DNA of 64,000 bases from Holophagaceae bacterium (lineage in GTDB: Bacteria > Acidobacteriota > Holophagae > Holophagales > Holophagaceae): assembly GCA_025361125.1 (NCBI GenBank), contig JANYBM010000103.1:15394-79393 (forward strand), read 5' to 3'. Below, one piece after another: positions 55,614-64,000 of the stretch (the stretch's first letter is position 1; the number at the start of each line of letters is the position of its first letter). Position numbers and translations under genes: made by a program. Under the pieces are notes generated by a model, which was not told the origin of the DNA, did no database searches, and saw only the letters and a list, made by a program, of their open reading frames with translations.

Positions 55614-57269
55614 TCAGGCCCCTGTCTGCCCGGCTCTAGGATCGAAATTGATGCCTGCCCGTTTAATGGTTTGGATAAAACTCTCCTTGTCGGGGCACTT
55701 CAGATAGGCATCCATGGCGGTCACTTTTTTATCCTGGATCATGTCCATCAAGACGTCATTCATCAGCCGCTGACCATAGGCCCGTCCGACCTGCATGGCA
55801 CTGGGAATCTGGAAAACCTTGCCTTCGCGCATCAGGTTTGAAATGGCTGGCGTGATGAAAAGGCTTTCCAACGCCGCCACCCGGCCTCCTCCAATCTTCT
55901 TCAACAGGATCTGGGAAACGACTGCCTTCAGGGCGTCCGCCATCATCACGCGGATCTGCTGCTGGCGATCGGCGGGGAACTGGTCCACGATACGGTCAAT
56001 GGTGCCCACAGCGCTCGATGTATGCAGCGTACCGAAGACCAAATGCCCCGTGACAGCGGTTTCCAGCGCGATGGCGATGGTTTCCAGATCTCGCATTTCA
56101 CCCACCAGGACGATGTCGGGATCTTCGCGCAAGGCAGCCCGCAGCCCGCTCTTGAAGCTTTCGGTGTGGGTGTGCACTTCCCGCTGATTGATGAGGCATT
56201 TCTTGCGGGGATGCACGAACTCAATGGGGTCCTCAATAGTGACGATGTGATCCATGCGCTGCTGGTTGGCGAGATCAATGATGGCTGCGAGGGTCGTGGA
56301 TTTTCCACTTCCAGTTGGGCCTGTGACCAGGACCAGGCCTTTCGCCAGCAAGGCGAGTTGGCGGACGGGTTCGGGTAAGCCGAGCCGGTCGGGATCGGGA
56401 ATTTCATTGGGAATCACGCGAGCCACAAAGCCTGGTCCCACGCGATCCTGAAAGAAATTCACACGAAGACGGCAACCACCCAACTCGAATCCAAAAGCGA
56501 AATCAGCATCGCTGCGGGATTGGAACTTCCCCCAGGCATCAGGCGTGGCCAAGGAATACATGAGTTCCAGTAACTGGGACTTCCCCAAGGGACCGCATTC
56601 CCGGAAGTCCTCCAGCTCGCCGTTCACACGGAAGATGGGGTTTTCATCGCAGGTGCAGTGGATGTCTGAACCTTTCCTCTCAAGCAGTGCTGTGAACAAG
56701 ACCAGCGCCAGGGGATTGAGCTCCCGCGGTGCTGGAGGACCCGCGAAAATGGAATCCACCGCGACAGGTGGAATAGAAGAAGTGGCTGCAAGCTGCGCTG
56801 GGGCAGACTGAAATGGGGTTGCCGGTACGAGCGAGGGGGTATGCTCCAGCGTGATTGCGGGAGTGGGGGGAAGCACCGCGATGGCTGGGGAAGAAGGTGG
56901 CGAAGTTCTTCCAGGTTCTTCATCCACAAACTTGATTTCCTGGATTCCACCCAGGGGCGCGATGCCATCCTTGGGCTCTGCTTTCAATCGGTTGCCGATG
57001 GCGCTGCGCTCCATGGTAATGCGGTAGCTGACCCCCCCAAGCGCGTACTCGAAGGCTAATTGCCCTTGTTGGGACCAAGCCTCTTTGTATTCTGCAGGGA
57101 TCACTTCCTGAGTGATGTGTTCAAGCATCGTGGGCGGAAGAGCCTGAGGTAGTAGGGGCACGCTGCCGCCACCGCTGAATTCCAAAAAAGGCGGCTGATT
57201 CGGTTCGATGCGCAGGGAGCGCGCGCCCTTGGTCACGATCTGCTGTAGGAGCTTGTCCAGCTGAGCCAT
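55614..57269 (-). CDS. pilT: PilT-family type IV pilus retraction ATPase with an extra N-terminal PilT-N-like domain and Pro-rich linker
   Basis: Walker A GPTGSGKSTT, DPIEFVH, LREDPDIVLVGEMRD, GHLVFGTLHT and AISNLMREGK (PilT AIRNLIRE-type motif). The canonical domain starts about residue 200. Confidence 0.85.
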   Translation of the reverse strand: MAQLDKLLQQIVTKGARSLRIEPNQPPFLEFSGGGSVPLLPQALPPTMLEHITQEVIPAEYKEAWSQQGQLAFEYALGGVSYRITMERSAIGNRLKAEPKDGIAPLGGIQEIKFVDEEPGRTSPPSSPAIAVLPPTPAITLEHTPSLVPATPFQSAPAQLAATSSIPPVAVDSIFAGPPAPRELNPLALVLFTALLERKGSDIHCTCDENPIFRVNGELEDFRECGPLGKSQLLELMYSLATPDAWGKFQSRSDADFAFGFELGGCRLRVNFFQDRVGPGFVARVIPNEIPDPDRLGLPEPVRQLALLAKGLVLVTGPTGSGKSTTLAAIIDLANQQRMDHIVTIEDPIEFVHPRKKCLINQREVHTHTESFKSGLRAALREDPDIVLVGEMRDLETIAIALETAVTGHLVFGTLHTSSAVGTIDRIVDQFPADRQQQIRVMMADALKAVVSQILLKKIGGGRVAALESLFITPAISNLMREGKVFQIPSAMQVGRAYGQRLMNDVLMDMIQDKKVTAMDAYLKCPDKESFIQTIKRAGINFDPRAGQTGA

Positions 57270-57447
57270 GAAGGTCCTTTGTTGGAGGAGAGAATGCAGC
57301 ATTCTTACATGACGGTATACCGTCACAAAATAGCCCAGACCCTACAGGTTCTTTTGGCATGACCTCCAACGGCCGCTAAACTGAAGATCCAGCCCAGGGC
57401 GCAGGATCTGCCTTCAAGATCCCACCTCAGCACCATTCGGAGTAAAC

Positions 57448-58605
57448 ATGAACATTCATGAGTTCCAAGCTAAAGAATTGCTTCGGCAATACAAAGTCGC
57501 CACACCGGACGGCCGGGTAGCTACCGATGCCGAAGACGCCCGGCAAATTACGAAGAGTTACGGTGGCAAGAGTGTCGTGAAAGCACAGATCCATGCGGGC
57601 GGTCGGGGCAAGGGCGGCGGCGTAAAATTTGCCACGGATCCCGACAAGGCTGCTGAATTGTTCAAGGAAATGCTTGGCATGAACCTGGTGACCAAACAAA
57701 CCGGAGCCGAGGGGCGCAGAGTTTACACAGTCTTCATCAGCGATCCCGTGGATATTGAGCGCGAACTCTACCTGAGCTTTCTCGTCGATCGCGCTAGCTC
57801 ACGCATCACCATCCTGGCCTCAACCGAAGGCGGCGTGGAAATCGAAGAAGTGGCGGCCAAAACCCCTGAAAAAATTGTGCGCGTGGCCATTGATCCGGCA
57901 GTGGGACTATCAGCCTTTCAGGCCCGGGAAGTCGCCTTTGCGCTGAAGCTCGAAGGCGATGCGTTCAAGAAGGGCGTGGTTTTCCTACAGAACATGTATC
58001 GGCTTTTTGTGGAAAAAGATTGTTCCATGGTTGAAGTGAATCCCCTGGTTGTCACCAAGACAGGCGATGTCATCGCGTTGGATGCGAAGATGGGTTTTGA
58101 TGACAACGCCTTGTTCCGCCACCCGGACATTTTGGCTTTCCGCGACCTGCATGAAGAGGCACCGGAAGAAACTGAAGCTTCCAAATTCAACCTGAATTTC
58201 ATCAAGCTCGACGGCACCATTGGTTGCATGGTCAATGGCGCGGGCTTGGCCATGGGCACCATGGACATCATCAAGTATCACGGCGGGTCCCCGGCAAACT
58301 TCCTGGACGTGGGGGGCAGCGCCACTGAAGACGCGGTGATGAACGCATTCCGCATCATCCTGCAAGACAAGGCTGTAAAGGGTGTGATGGTCAACATTTT
58401 TGGCGGCATCATGCGTTGCGACATCGTGGCCGGCGGCATCGTGAAGGCCGCAACGCAGATTGGCATTCAGGTACCCGTGGTGGTCCGGCTGGAAGGCACC
58501 AACGTGGAAGAAGGCAAGAAGATCCTCGCCGATAGCGGCCTAAACCTGATCGTCGCCGAAGGGCTGGAAGACGCGGCGAAAAAGATCGTCGCGGCCACGA
58601 AGTAG
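57448..58605 (+). CDS. sucC: Succinate--CoA ligase (ADP-forming) subunit beta
   Basis: [22 protein letters not shown]..., an ATP-grasp fold, and GGIMRCD near the C-terminus. Confidence 0.95.
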   Translation: MNIHEFQAKELLRQYKVATPDGRVATDAEDARQITKSYGGKSVVKAQIHAGGRGKGGGVKFATDPDKAAELFKEMLGMNLVTKQTGAEGRRVYTVFISDPVDIERELYLSFLVDRASSRITILASTEGGVEIEEVAAKTPEKIVRVAIDPAVGLSAFQAREVAFALKLEGDAFKKGVVFLQNMYRLFVEKDCSMVEVNPLVVTKTGDVIALDAKMGFDDNALFRHPDILAFRDLHEEAPEETEASKFNLNFIKLDGTIGCMVNGAGLAMGTMDIIKYHGGSPANFLDVGGSATEDAVMNAFRIILQDKAVKGVMVNIFGGIMRCDIVAGGIVKAATQIGIQVPVVVRLEGTNVEEGKKILADSGLNLIVAEGLEDAAKKIVAATK

Positions 58606-58613
58606 CCAGAACG

Positions 58614-59021
58614 ATGACCGAAGACCTGAAAACCCAGTACGACGCCCTGTATCAGGAGTATCAGGACGTCATGTACAAAAGTGCCTGGCGGTTGGGTTGG
58701 AGCTTCTTCTTCGTGCTGGTGGGGCTGCTTCCCATGATGTACATCTTCGTCTGGCTGGCGGGCCCCAAGACGTGGGAACACACTTTTTTCCACGCGCCCA
58801 AAGTCATGTGGATCGCGGCGCCATTGAACCTCGGCATTGTTGTGCTTCTGCTCTCCAGCCTCTACCGAAAAAACCTGGAATTGGATGCCACCAAGCAGAA
58901 CTATCTCGCCAGATTGCGAGCCCTTAAAACCCAGCTTCCCTCCGAACCCAGGCCAATCTCAAATCAGCTAGTTGAGCGGGATTGGGACACTTTTCAGGAT
59001 GATGGAAGCCCAGGCCTCTGA
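58614..59021 (+). CDS. Hypothetical two-TM membrane protein inserted between sucC and sucD
   Basis: 135-aa ORF with two hydrophobic helices ([22 protein letters not shown]; [20 protein letters not shown]). Starts 9 nt after the sucC stop. Confidence 0.5.
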   Translation: MTEDLKTQYDALYQEYQDVMYKSAWRLGWSFFFVLVGLLPMMYIFVWLAGPKTWEHTFFHAPKVMWIAAPLNLGIVVLLLSSLYRKNLELDATKQNYLARLRALKTQLPSEPRPISNQLVERDWDTFQDDGSPGL

Positions 59022-59068
59022 ATCCCAAGTTCCAAGTCATTCAGTTTCATTTTCTCACGGAGTCATTC

Positions 59069-59950
59069 ATGGCTGTTCTCGTTGGCAATCAAACCAAATT
59101 GATCGTGCAGGGCATCACCGGGCGCGAAGGGCTCTTCCACGCCATCGGCTGCCGCGACTACGGCACCAACGTCGTGGGTGGTGTCACGCCAGGTAAGGGC
59201 GGCACAGTGGTCGAAGGCTTTCCGGTGTTCAATACGGTCTTGGATGCTGTCAAGGCAACCGGCGCCAACGCGACGATGATCTTCGTTCCGCCCAGCGGCG
59301 CGGCCGACGGCATATTAGAGGCTCTGGACGCTGGAATTGCGCTTATCGTTTGCATCACCGAGGGTATTCCCGTACTGGACATGATGAAAGTGAAACGGGT
59401 GTTGCCTGACTACCCGAACAGCCGGCTCATCGGCCCCAACTGTCCTGGTGTCATCACGCCAGGTCAAGCGAAGATCGGCATCATGCCCGGTCGTATTCAT
59501 CTGGCTGGGAACGTGGGCGTGGTCAGCCGCTCCGGCACGCTTACCTATGAAGCCGTCGGCCAGCTCACTGCGCTCGGCATTGGCCAGTCCACCTGCATTG
59601 GCATCGGTGGCGATCCCATCAATGGCACCAGCCACATTGACGCGCTCAAGCTCTTCAATGACGACCCGGATACTCACGCCGTCATCATGATTGGCGAGAT
59701 CGGTGGTAGTGCCGAAGAAGATGCCGCCGCCTGGGTGAAGGCCAACATAACGAAGCCCGTGGTGGCCTTCATCGCCGGCCAGACCGCTCCTCCCGGCCGC
59801 CGCATGGGCCATGCTGGCGCCATCATCAGCGGCGGCAAGGGCACTGCCGCGGAAAAGATGAAGGCATTGGAAGCCGCAGGCATCACCGTTGTCCAAAGCC
59901 CAGCGGATATGGGCAAGGCCATGGCGAAGCGACTGGGCGTGAATGCCTGA
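59069..59950 (+). CDS. sucD: Succinate--CoA ligase subunit alpha
   Basis: [27 protein letters not shown] and MGHAGAII (active-site His) motifs. Confidence 0.95.
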   Translation: MAVLVGNQTKLIVQGITGREGLFHAIGCRDYGTNVVGGVTPGKGGTVVEGFPVFNTVLDAVKATGANATMIFVPPSGAADGILEALDAGIALIVCITEGIPVLDMMKVKRVLPDYPNSRLIGPNCPGVITPGQAKIGIMPGRIHLAGNVGVVSRSGTLTYEAVGQLTALGIGQSTCIGIGGDPINGTSHIDALKLFNDDPDTHAVIMIGEIGGSAEEDAAAWVKANITKPVVAFIAGQTAPPGRRMGHAGAIISGGKGTAAEKMKALEAAGITVVQSPADMGKAMAKRLGVNA

Positions 59951-59971
59951 AAAGCGAACAAAGGGTTCAAA

Positions 59972-60001
59972 AACAGGGCCGCGAGAGCGGCTCTGTTTTT
60001 C
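59972..60001 (+). terminator. Rho-independent terminator after sucD
   Basis: AACAGGGCCGC-GAGA-GCGGCTCTGTT followed by TTTTCTCTC. Confidence 0.8.
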
Positions 60002-60049
60002 TCTCTGTTCTTAATGCTTCTGTAGTGCATTCTAAAATTTGAGGTTTGA

Positions 60050-60481
60050 ATGCTCATTTCCCGCGAAATGGTCCTGCAACAAGATATTGGGCTGAATGCC
60101 ACGCTGTTCGGCGGTGGCATGATGGCGCGCATGGACAAGGCTGCAGGCATTTGCGCGGGACTTGTGAGCCATAATCGCGTGTTCGTGACCCTCAAAGTCT
60201 CCGAACTATTTTTCCACAGCCCAGTGCGCGCCGGTGAAATCATCGAGTTCTACGCCACGGTGACACGGGCGGGGAACACTTCGATCACCGTGCAGCTAGC
60301 GGTGCAAGTTTACAGCCCCGTCAGCAATGCGAGGCGGGACGTCACCAGTGGTGAATTCCTGATGGTGGCCACGGACGACAACAGCCGCCCTGAGCCGATC
60401 CTATGGAAACCTGACATGCTCAAGGAAGCGACACCTGAAGCAGTAGCAGTAGCAAAGCCCAAACGACGAAAAACCCCCTAG
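60050..60481 (+). CDS. Acyl-CoA thioesterase (hotdog fold, YciA-like)
   Basis: NATLFGGGMMARMDKAAGI and ...GEIIEFYATVTRAGNTSITV... follow the 4HBT/YciA pattern. Confidence 0.7.
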   Translation: MLISREMVLQQDIGLNATLFGGGMMARMDKAAGICAGLVSHNRVFVTLKVSELFFHSPVRAGEIIEFYATVTRAGNTSITVQLAVQVYSPVSNARRDVTSGEFLMVATDDNSRPEPILWKPDMLKEATPEAVAVAKPKRRKTP

Positions 60482-60490
60482 GCCGCGCGC

Positions 60491-62857
60491 TCACTTTCGG
60501 GTGAAAGCTTCTAAAATCCGCTGCAGCGCATCCCGCTCGTGGCCCTTGGACTCAGCTTCGACCGCTTTCTGTAGCATCCAACGGGCCTCCGGTGTGCCAA
60601 TGCCCAGAAGCGCCTTTGCCGCGCCCATTCGGATAGCAATCGGCTCACTGGTGGTTCCGAAGAAGGTTTTCTTTTTCTTGAGTATTTCGCCAAGCGTGGG
60701 AATGACAGTGGGCGCTCCGATGTCGCCCAAGGTTTCCAAAGCTTTGAGCCTCAGCCGTTCATTGGCACGACGATCCTCCGCCAATTCCAGTACAGCCGGG
60801 GAGCTGGAGGTGATCTTTAATTGGCCCAAGGCGAAGAGCACTTCGAACTTCGTATCAGGATCCGTTTCCTTCAATATTCCCAGCAGGTGCTGCTCGGCGG
60901 CCGGCCCTCCGAGTTTCCACATGGCCCGCACAGCGGCCCGGCGTACCCGACCATCCGCGTGGCGCAATAAAGGCACGACATCCGGCAAGGATCCGGCATC
61001 CCCGATGTCGCTGAGCAGATTCAGCGCATTCCGCACAAGGAACCAGGTCTCTGAGCTCAAGGCCTCCCGCACTGAATCCAATGCAGCGGAGCCCAGCACC
61101 CGAAGCGCCTCGATCAAGCGCCCCCGACGATGCCGTTCGGTTTCCTCACCGAGCTTATCCATAAGGAAGGCCGCAGCCACAGGGCCGAGCCACTCCAGGA
61201 ACGGAATGATCTCGGCCGCCATCGTTTCCTTGTCCACTTCAAATAAAAGTTGCAGGATGCGATCCACGCAATCGCTGCGCACCAATCGTTCCTTCAGTTG
61301 ATCCAGGCCCTCCTGGCGCCATTCCTGGATTTCTTCATGGATGCCACAAAGATCCTGCAACTCCATGACGCAAGCCTGGGCTGAGCCAAGGTCTCCACGA
61401 AGCACCAATGCTCCCAGGATGGCGTTCAATGCCTCGGTGGCGGCTTGATGAATGGGAGCAGAGGACTCCACTGCGAAATGGGCTTCGAGTTTCTGGGTGA
61501 GAGGGCCTTCCGTACCTGGTGGCAGGCCGGGTTCCTGCGCCCAGTGGGCCACCCCGGCCAGGGTTTGGGTGGCTGCCAGGCGCAGACCTTGATCTTCCAC
61601 CGTAAGGGTTTCCAAGACTCGATCAAGCACCCGCTGAAAGGCTTCAGTGCGATCCCGATCGAGCAGCTCACGCAAGAAAGCCAGTCGTTGTTCAAGACTC
61701 AGATCCCAGAGTTGCCGACTCTCCAGAGCCCTGACGACCTTGGCTTCAAGGGTCATGGCATCCCAGTCCAGCCGACGCAGCAGGGCCTCGGCCAAGTTTC
61801 CGTCGTAACCCAACTGCCGCATGTGGATGGCCAGGGCTCGGACCATGGATTCGCGCTCCGGCAGGGGTCGCAGCACATCCTGTAAAGGGCCCTGAAGGTG
61901 GTTCCAGGGATGACCTTGGCTCAGAAGTGTCGTGCCCGCCACAGAAAGGATTTCTGGGGCCAGTTCTCTAATGCCCATGGCCAAGCCCTCAGGCTTTCCG
62001 GGCAAGGTGGCCATGCCTCCGAGTAGGCATAATTGGGATTCCGGGGGCAGACTCAGGATCACTTGTCGCAGTACGCCGAGTTGGGCCATGGACGGCATCC
62101 CTTCACCGAGCCCCAACTGATAACCCATGGCCCCCAAGTTGCCAAGGAAGGCTGGCTGCAGAGTGGCCAAAGCCAAGCCTTCGCCTGCTGCCATGGCGCC
62201 CAGGATCTCCCCAAAGGCATCCCGCACAATGCCCATCAACTGTTCAGGCGGACCCAATAGCATGGAAAGCTCAAGGGCTTCAGCTTCTTCCAAACTCATC
62301 GCCCCTTCGGAGTTGGCATCCTCGTCTGGTTCCGAGGCAGAATCAGTAGCTGAAGCTTGGACTGATGCCTGGACTGATTCTTCAGTGCTACCGGGTCCAA
62401 CATCATCATCGTCGCCGTCGGCATCACCCCCTTCGCCGACCTCTTTGTATCGGGTGAGACTGACCCGGATACGCGTGATGCCCAAGCGCTCAAGAATGGG
62501 GCCAGGACCACCTAACTCCTCGATCTTGACAGGCTTGAGCAGAAGCAGGTTCAGCATAGCCAACAGATCATTATCATCAAGGTCCTTCTGGATGATAAAG
62601 CCTGCAATCATGCGATCAGAAAAACGCCGGGCTATGGCTTTCAGATGTGGGCTGGAACCTTCTATTTTCACGCCGTCGGCAAACACTTTGTCGCGGGCTA
62701 CGGCAATGTGGAGCGACGCTTTTTCAGCCATCCAATCCACCAGAGACCGCTTTGCGGTCTCCAGGGATTTTAGTGTGCGCGGATGTTGGGCTGTGTACAT
62801 CTGAAGGGCCTTGAGAGCCACTTCCAATGCTTGAGCTGTTTCAATGAAGGTGGGCAT
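60491..62857 (-). CDS. Large HEAT/PBS-lyase-repeat protein with unassigned N-terminal domain and acidic linker
   Basis: 788 aa. The C-terminal ~230 aa carry HEAT-like repeats (...WFLVRNALNLLSDIGDAGSLPDVVPLLRHADGRVRRAAVRAM...LGDIGAPTVIPTLGEIL...). The C-terminus is collinear with that of the next gene. Confidence 0.6.
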   Translation of the reverse strand: MPTFIETAQALEVALKALQMYTAQHPRTLKSLETAKRSLVDWMAEKASLHIAVARDKVFADGVKIEGSSPHLKAIARRFSDRMIAGFIIQKDLDDNDLLAMLNLLLLKPVKIEELGGPGPILERLGITRIRVSLTRYKEVGEGGDADGDDDDVGPGSTEESVQASVQASATDSASEPDEDANSEGAMSLEEAEALELSMLLGPPEQLMGIVRDAFGEILGAMAAGEGLALATLQPAFLGNLGAMGYQLGLGEGMPSMAQLGVLRQVILSLPPESQLCLLGGMATLPGKPEGLAMGIRELAPEILSVAGTTLLSQGHPWNHLQGPLQDVLRPLPERESMVRALAIHMRQLGYDGNLAEALLRRLDWDAMTLEAKVVRALESRQLWDLSLEQRLAFLRELLDRDRTEAFQRVLDRVLETLTVEDQGLRLAATQTLAGVAHWAQEPGLPPGTEGPLTQKLEAHFAVESSAPIHQAATEALNAILGALVLRGDLGSAQACVMELQDLCGIHEEIQEWRQEGLDQLKERLVRSDCVDRILQLLFEVDKETMAAEIIPFLEWLGPVAAAFLMDKLGEETERHRRGRLIEALRVLGSAALDSVREALSSETWFLVRNALNLLSDIGDAGSLPDVVPLLRHADGRVRRAAVRAMWKLGGPAAEQHLLGILKETDPDTKFEVLFALGQLKITSSSPAVLELAEDRRANERLRLKALETLGDIGAPTVIPTLGEILKKKKTFFGTTSEPIAIRMGAAKALLGIGTPEARWMLQKAVEAESKGHERDALQRILEAFTRK

Positions 62858-62861
62858 GTAG

Positions 62862-64000
62862 TCAGTCCCCCATCAAGTGCATTCGTAAAAGTGCTTTCAC
62901 TTCATCCTTGCTCTCGATTTCAAGAGCCAGAGCCATGGCTTCGCGGGCTTCACGGGTGTTGATGGCCCCGAGGGCCCGTGCTGCGGCCATTCGCAATGGA
63001 AGTGGTTCCATGCGGCCTAGGAAGCCCTTCTTCTTGAAATACTTGGAGAGTACCGGAACCACCTCTGGAGACCCGATGGCTCCCAAGGATTCCAGTACAT
63101 TCAAATGTAATTTTTCAGCTTCGATGCCAGAAAATTTGGTCCCCAAAAGCAACTCTACCAAGGGGGCTACCGCCCTGGGATCTTTCAGCTCGCCAAGTTG
63201 CGTCACGAGTTCCAGCAAAGTATTCAGATCGGCGTTGGGCAATGACTCGATCAACAGGGGCGCGGCCCGGCCAGCGTCCAATTGACCAAGTGCAGTGGCA
63301 GCCATCCGTCGGACCCGCGCATCTTTATGGAATAGGGTCACCGCTACATCCTCGAAGGATGAGGCTTCGCCGATTTCTCCAAGGAGCGAAACAACGTTGC
63401 GGACCAAATACCATTCGGGAGCGGCAAGGGCTTCTCGCAGTGGCAGCTCGGCCTTGGATCCGATGGCGCGGAGCGCATCCAAAAGCTTGTAGCGTTTGAC
63501 TCGATCTTCTTCTTGGCCCAAGCAATAGACCAAGTGCCGTGCTGCGGGTTGGCCCAGCAGACTCAATAACCTGGAGAGCTGTGCAGCGAGGGGTTCGGAT
63601 TGTTTCTGTAAGATGAGTGGCAAGAGCGCAGTGACATTGCGTGCTCCTGCCATGCGCAGGTACAGATCATGAAAGGTCTGGGAGATTTTGGCTCCACCCG
63701 CCTTGCTCGCACTGGAAACAGTGAGATCAAGAATGGCCTCCACCTGACGGCTGGCATAGTCCAAATCTGGCTTCACCACGGCTTGGGATACCAGGGATTC
63801 GATACCTTGGCACATCCAGCCCAGAGCCTCGGTATCCATCTCCAAAGTGATGTGCTTGGCGAGTGATTCCCTAAGATTGAGGTCGTAGCCCAAGGGCAGA
63901 CCAGGCTCAAGGATGCACTCGGTGAGATCCGCGAAGACCTGGGCTGCCTTTCGCCTTCGGGCAGCGTCTTGCCCCCAGAGGGACTCTTCCAGAGCCTTCC
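62862..64000 (-). CDS. HEAT-repeat protein, paralog of the preceding gene; 5' end runs off the right edge
   Basis: The ORF track starts it at TTG 63893. My translation of the same frame upstream (…KALEESLWGQDAARRRKAAQVFADLTECILEPGLPLGYDLN…) has no stop up to position 64000, so the gene is probably longer and truncated by the window. Confidence 0.55.
   Translation of the reverse strand, partial: KALEESLWGQDAARRRKAAQVFADLTECILEPGLPLGYDLNLRESLAKHITLEMDTEALGWMCQGIESLVSQAVVKPDLDYASRQVEAILDLTVSSASKAGGAKISQTFHDLYLRMAGARNVTALLPLILQKQSEPLAAQLSRLLSLLGQPAARHLVYCLGQEEDRVKRYKLLDALRAIGSKAELPLREALAAPEWYLVRNVVSLLGEIGEASSFEDVAVTLFHKDARVRRMAATALGQLDAGRAAPLLIESLPNADLNTLLELVTQLGELKDPRAVAPLVELLLGTKFSGIEAEKLHLNVLESLGAIGSPEVVPVLSKYFKKKGFLGRMEPLPLRMAAARALGAINTREAREAMALALEIESKDEVKALLRMHLMGD

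Noticed and set aside
60501-62804. Long plus-strand ORFs (60501..61301 and 62127..62804)
   Set aside because: They are antisense to the 788-aa HEAT-repeat gene. Their Ser/Arg/Ala-rich low-complexity translations are a GC-rich antisense artefact.

Overview
64-kb chromosomal window from a moderately GC-rich diderm bacterium. Tol-Pal, a LolA-like carrier, Tat, a secretin, an MglA-type GTPase and KorAB 2-oxoacid:ferredoxin oxidoreductase are present. My lineage guess is Acidobacteriota- or Myxococcota-like, at low confidence. The window is densely coding (about 70 CDS, 3 tRNAs) and mostly housekeeping: ruvA, lexA, smc, rnhB, mutT, mutY, rpsO, secG, tatAC, pgk-tpiA, sucCD, korAB, nadB, ugd, tolB-pal-cpoB and a DAHP synthase. 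I see no CRISPR array, transposase, integrase, restriction-modification, toxin-antitoxin or other recognisable defence genes. The best candidate for something not yet described is the minus-strand operon at 33.1-39.3 kb. It is a PilMNOPQ-like alignment/secretin module with tightly overlapping genes. Its secretin carries an N-terminal lipobox plus a TPR (pilotin-like) region and a C-terminal cohesin-like domain. Its PilP- and PilN-position proteins carry long proline or N/Q/P-rich spacers, and its first large gene has no recognisable PilM features. No ATPase, platform protein or major pilin lies nearby. Related oddities elsewhere are an MglA-family GTPase with a roughly 260-aa C-terminal extension and no adjacent mglB, and a PilT-family ATPase with a duplicated N-domain. 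DNA-level oddities: (1) a 76-bp direct repeat that duplicates the 3' end of tRNA-Ala plus its downstream hairpin, (2) an AT-rich island between convergent genes with an extended -10 promoter and a perfect 16-bp palindrome, (3) a (ATGAGCA)x5 heptamer repeat, and (4) a recurrent CCCAAGT tandem motif in three intergenic regions. All functional calls come from reading motifs in the translated ORFs; no database search was possible.
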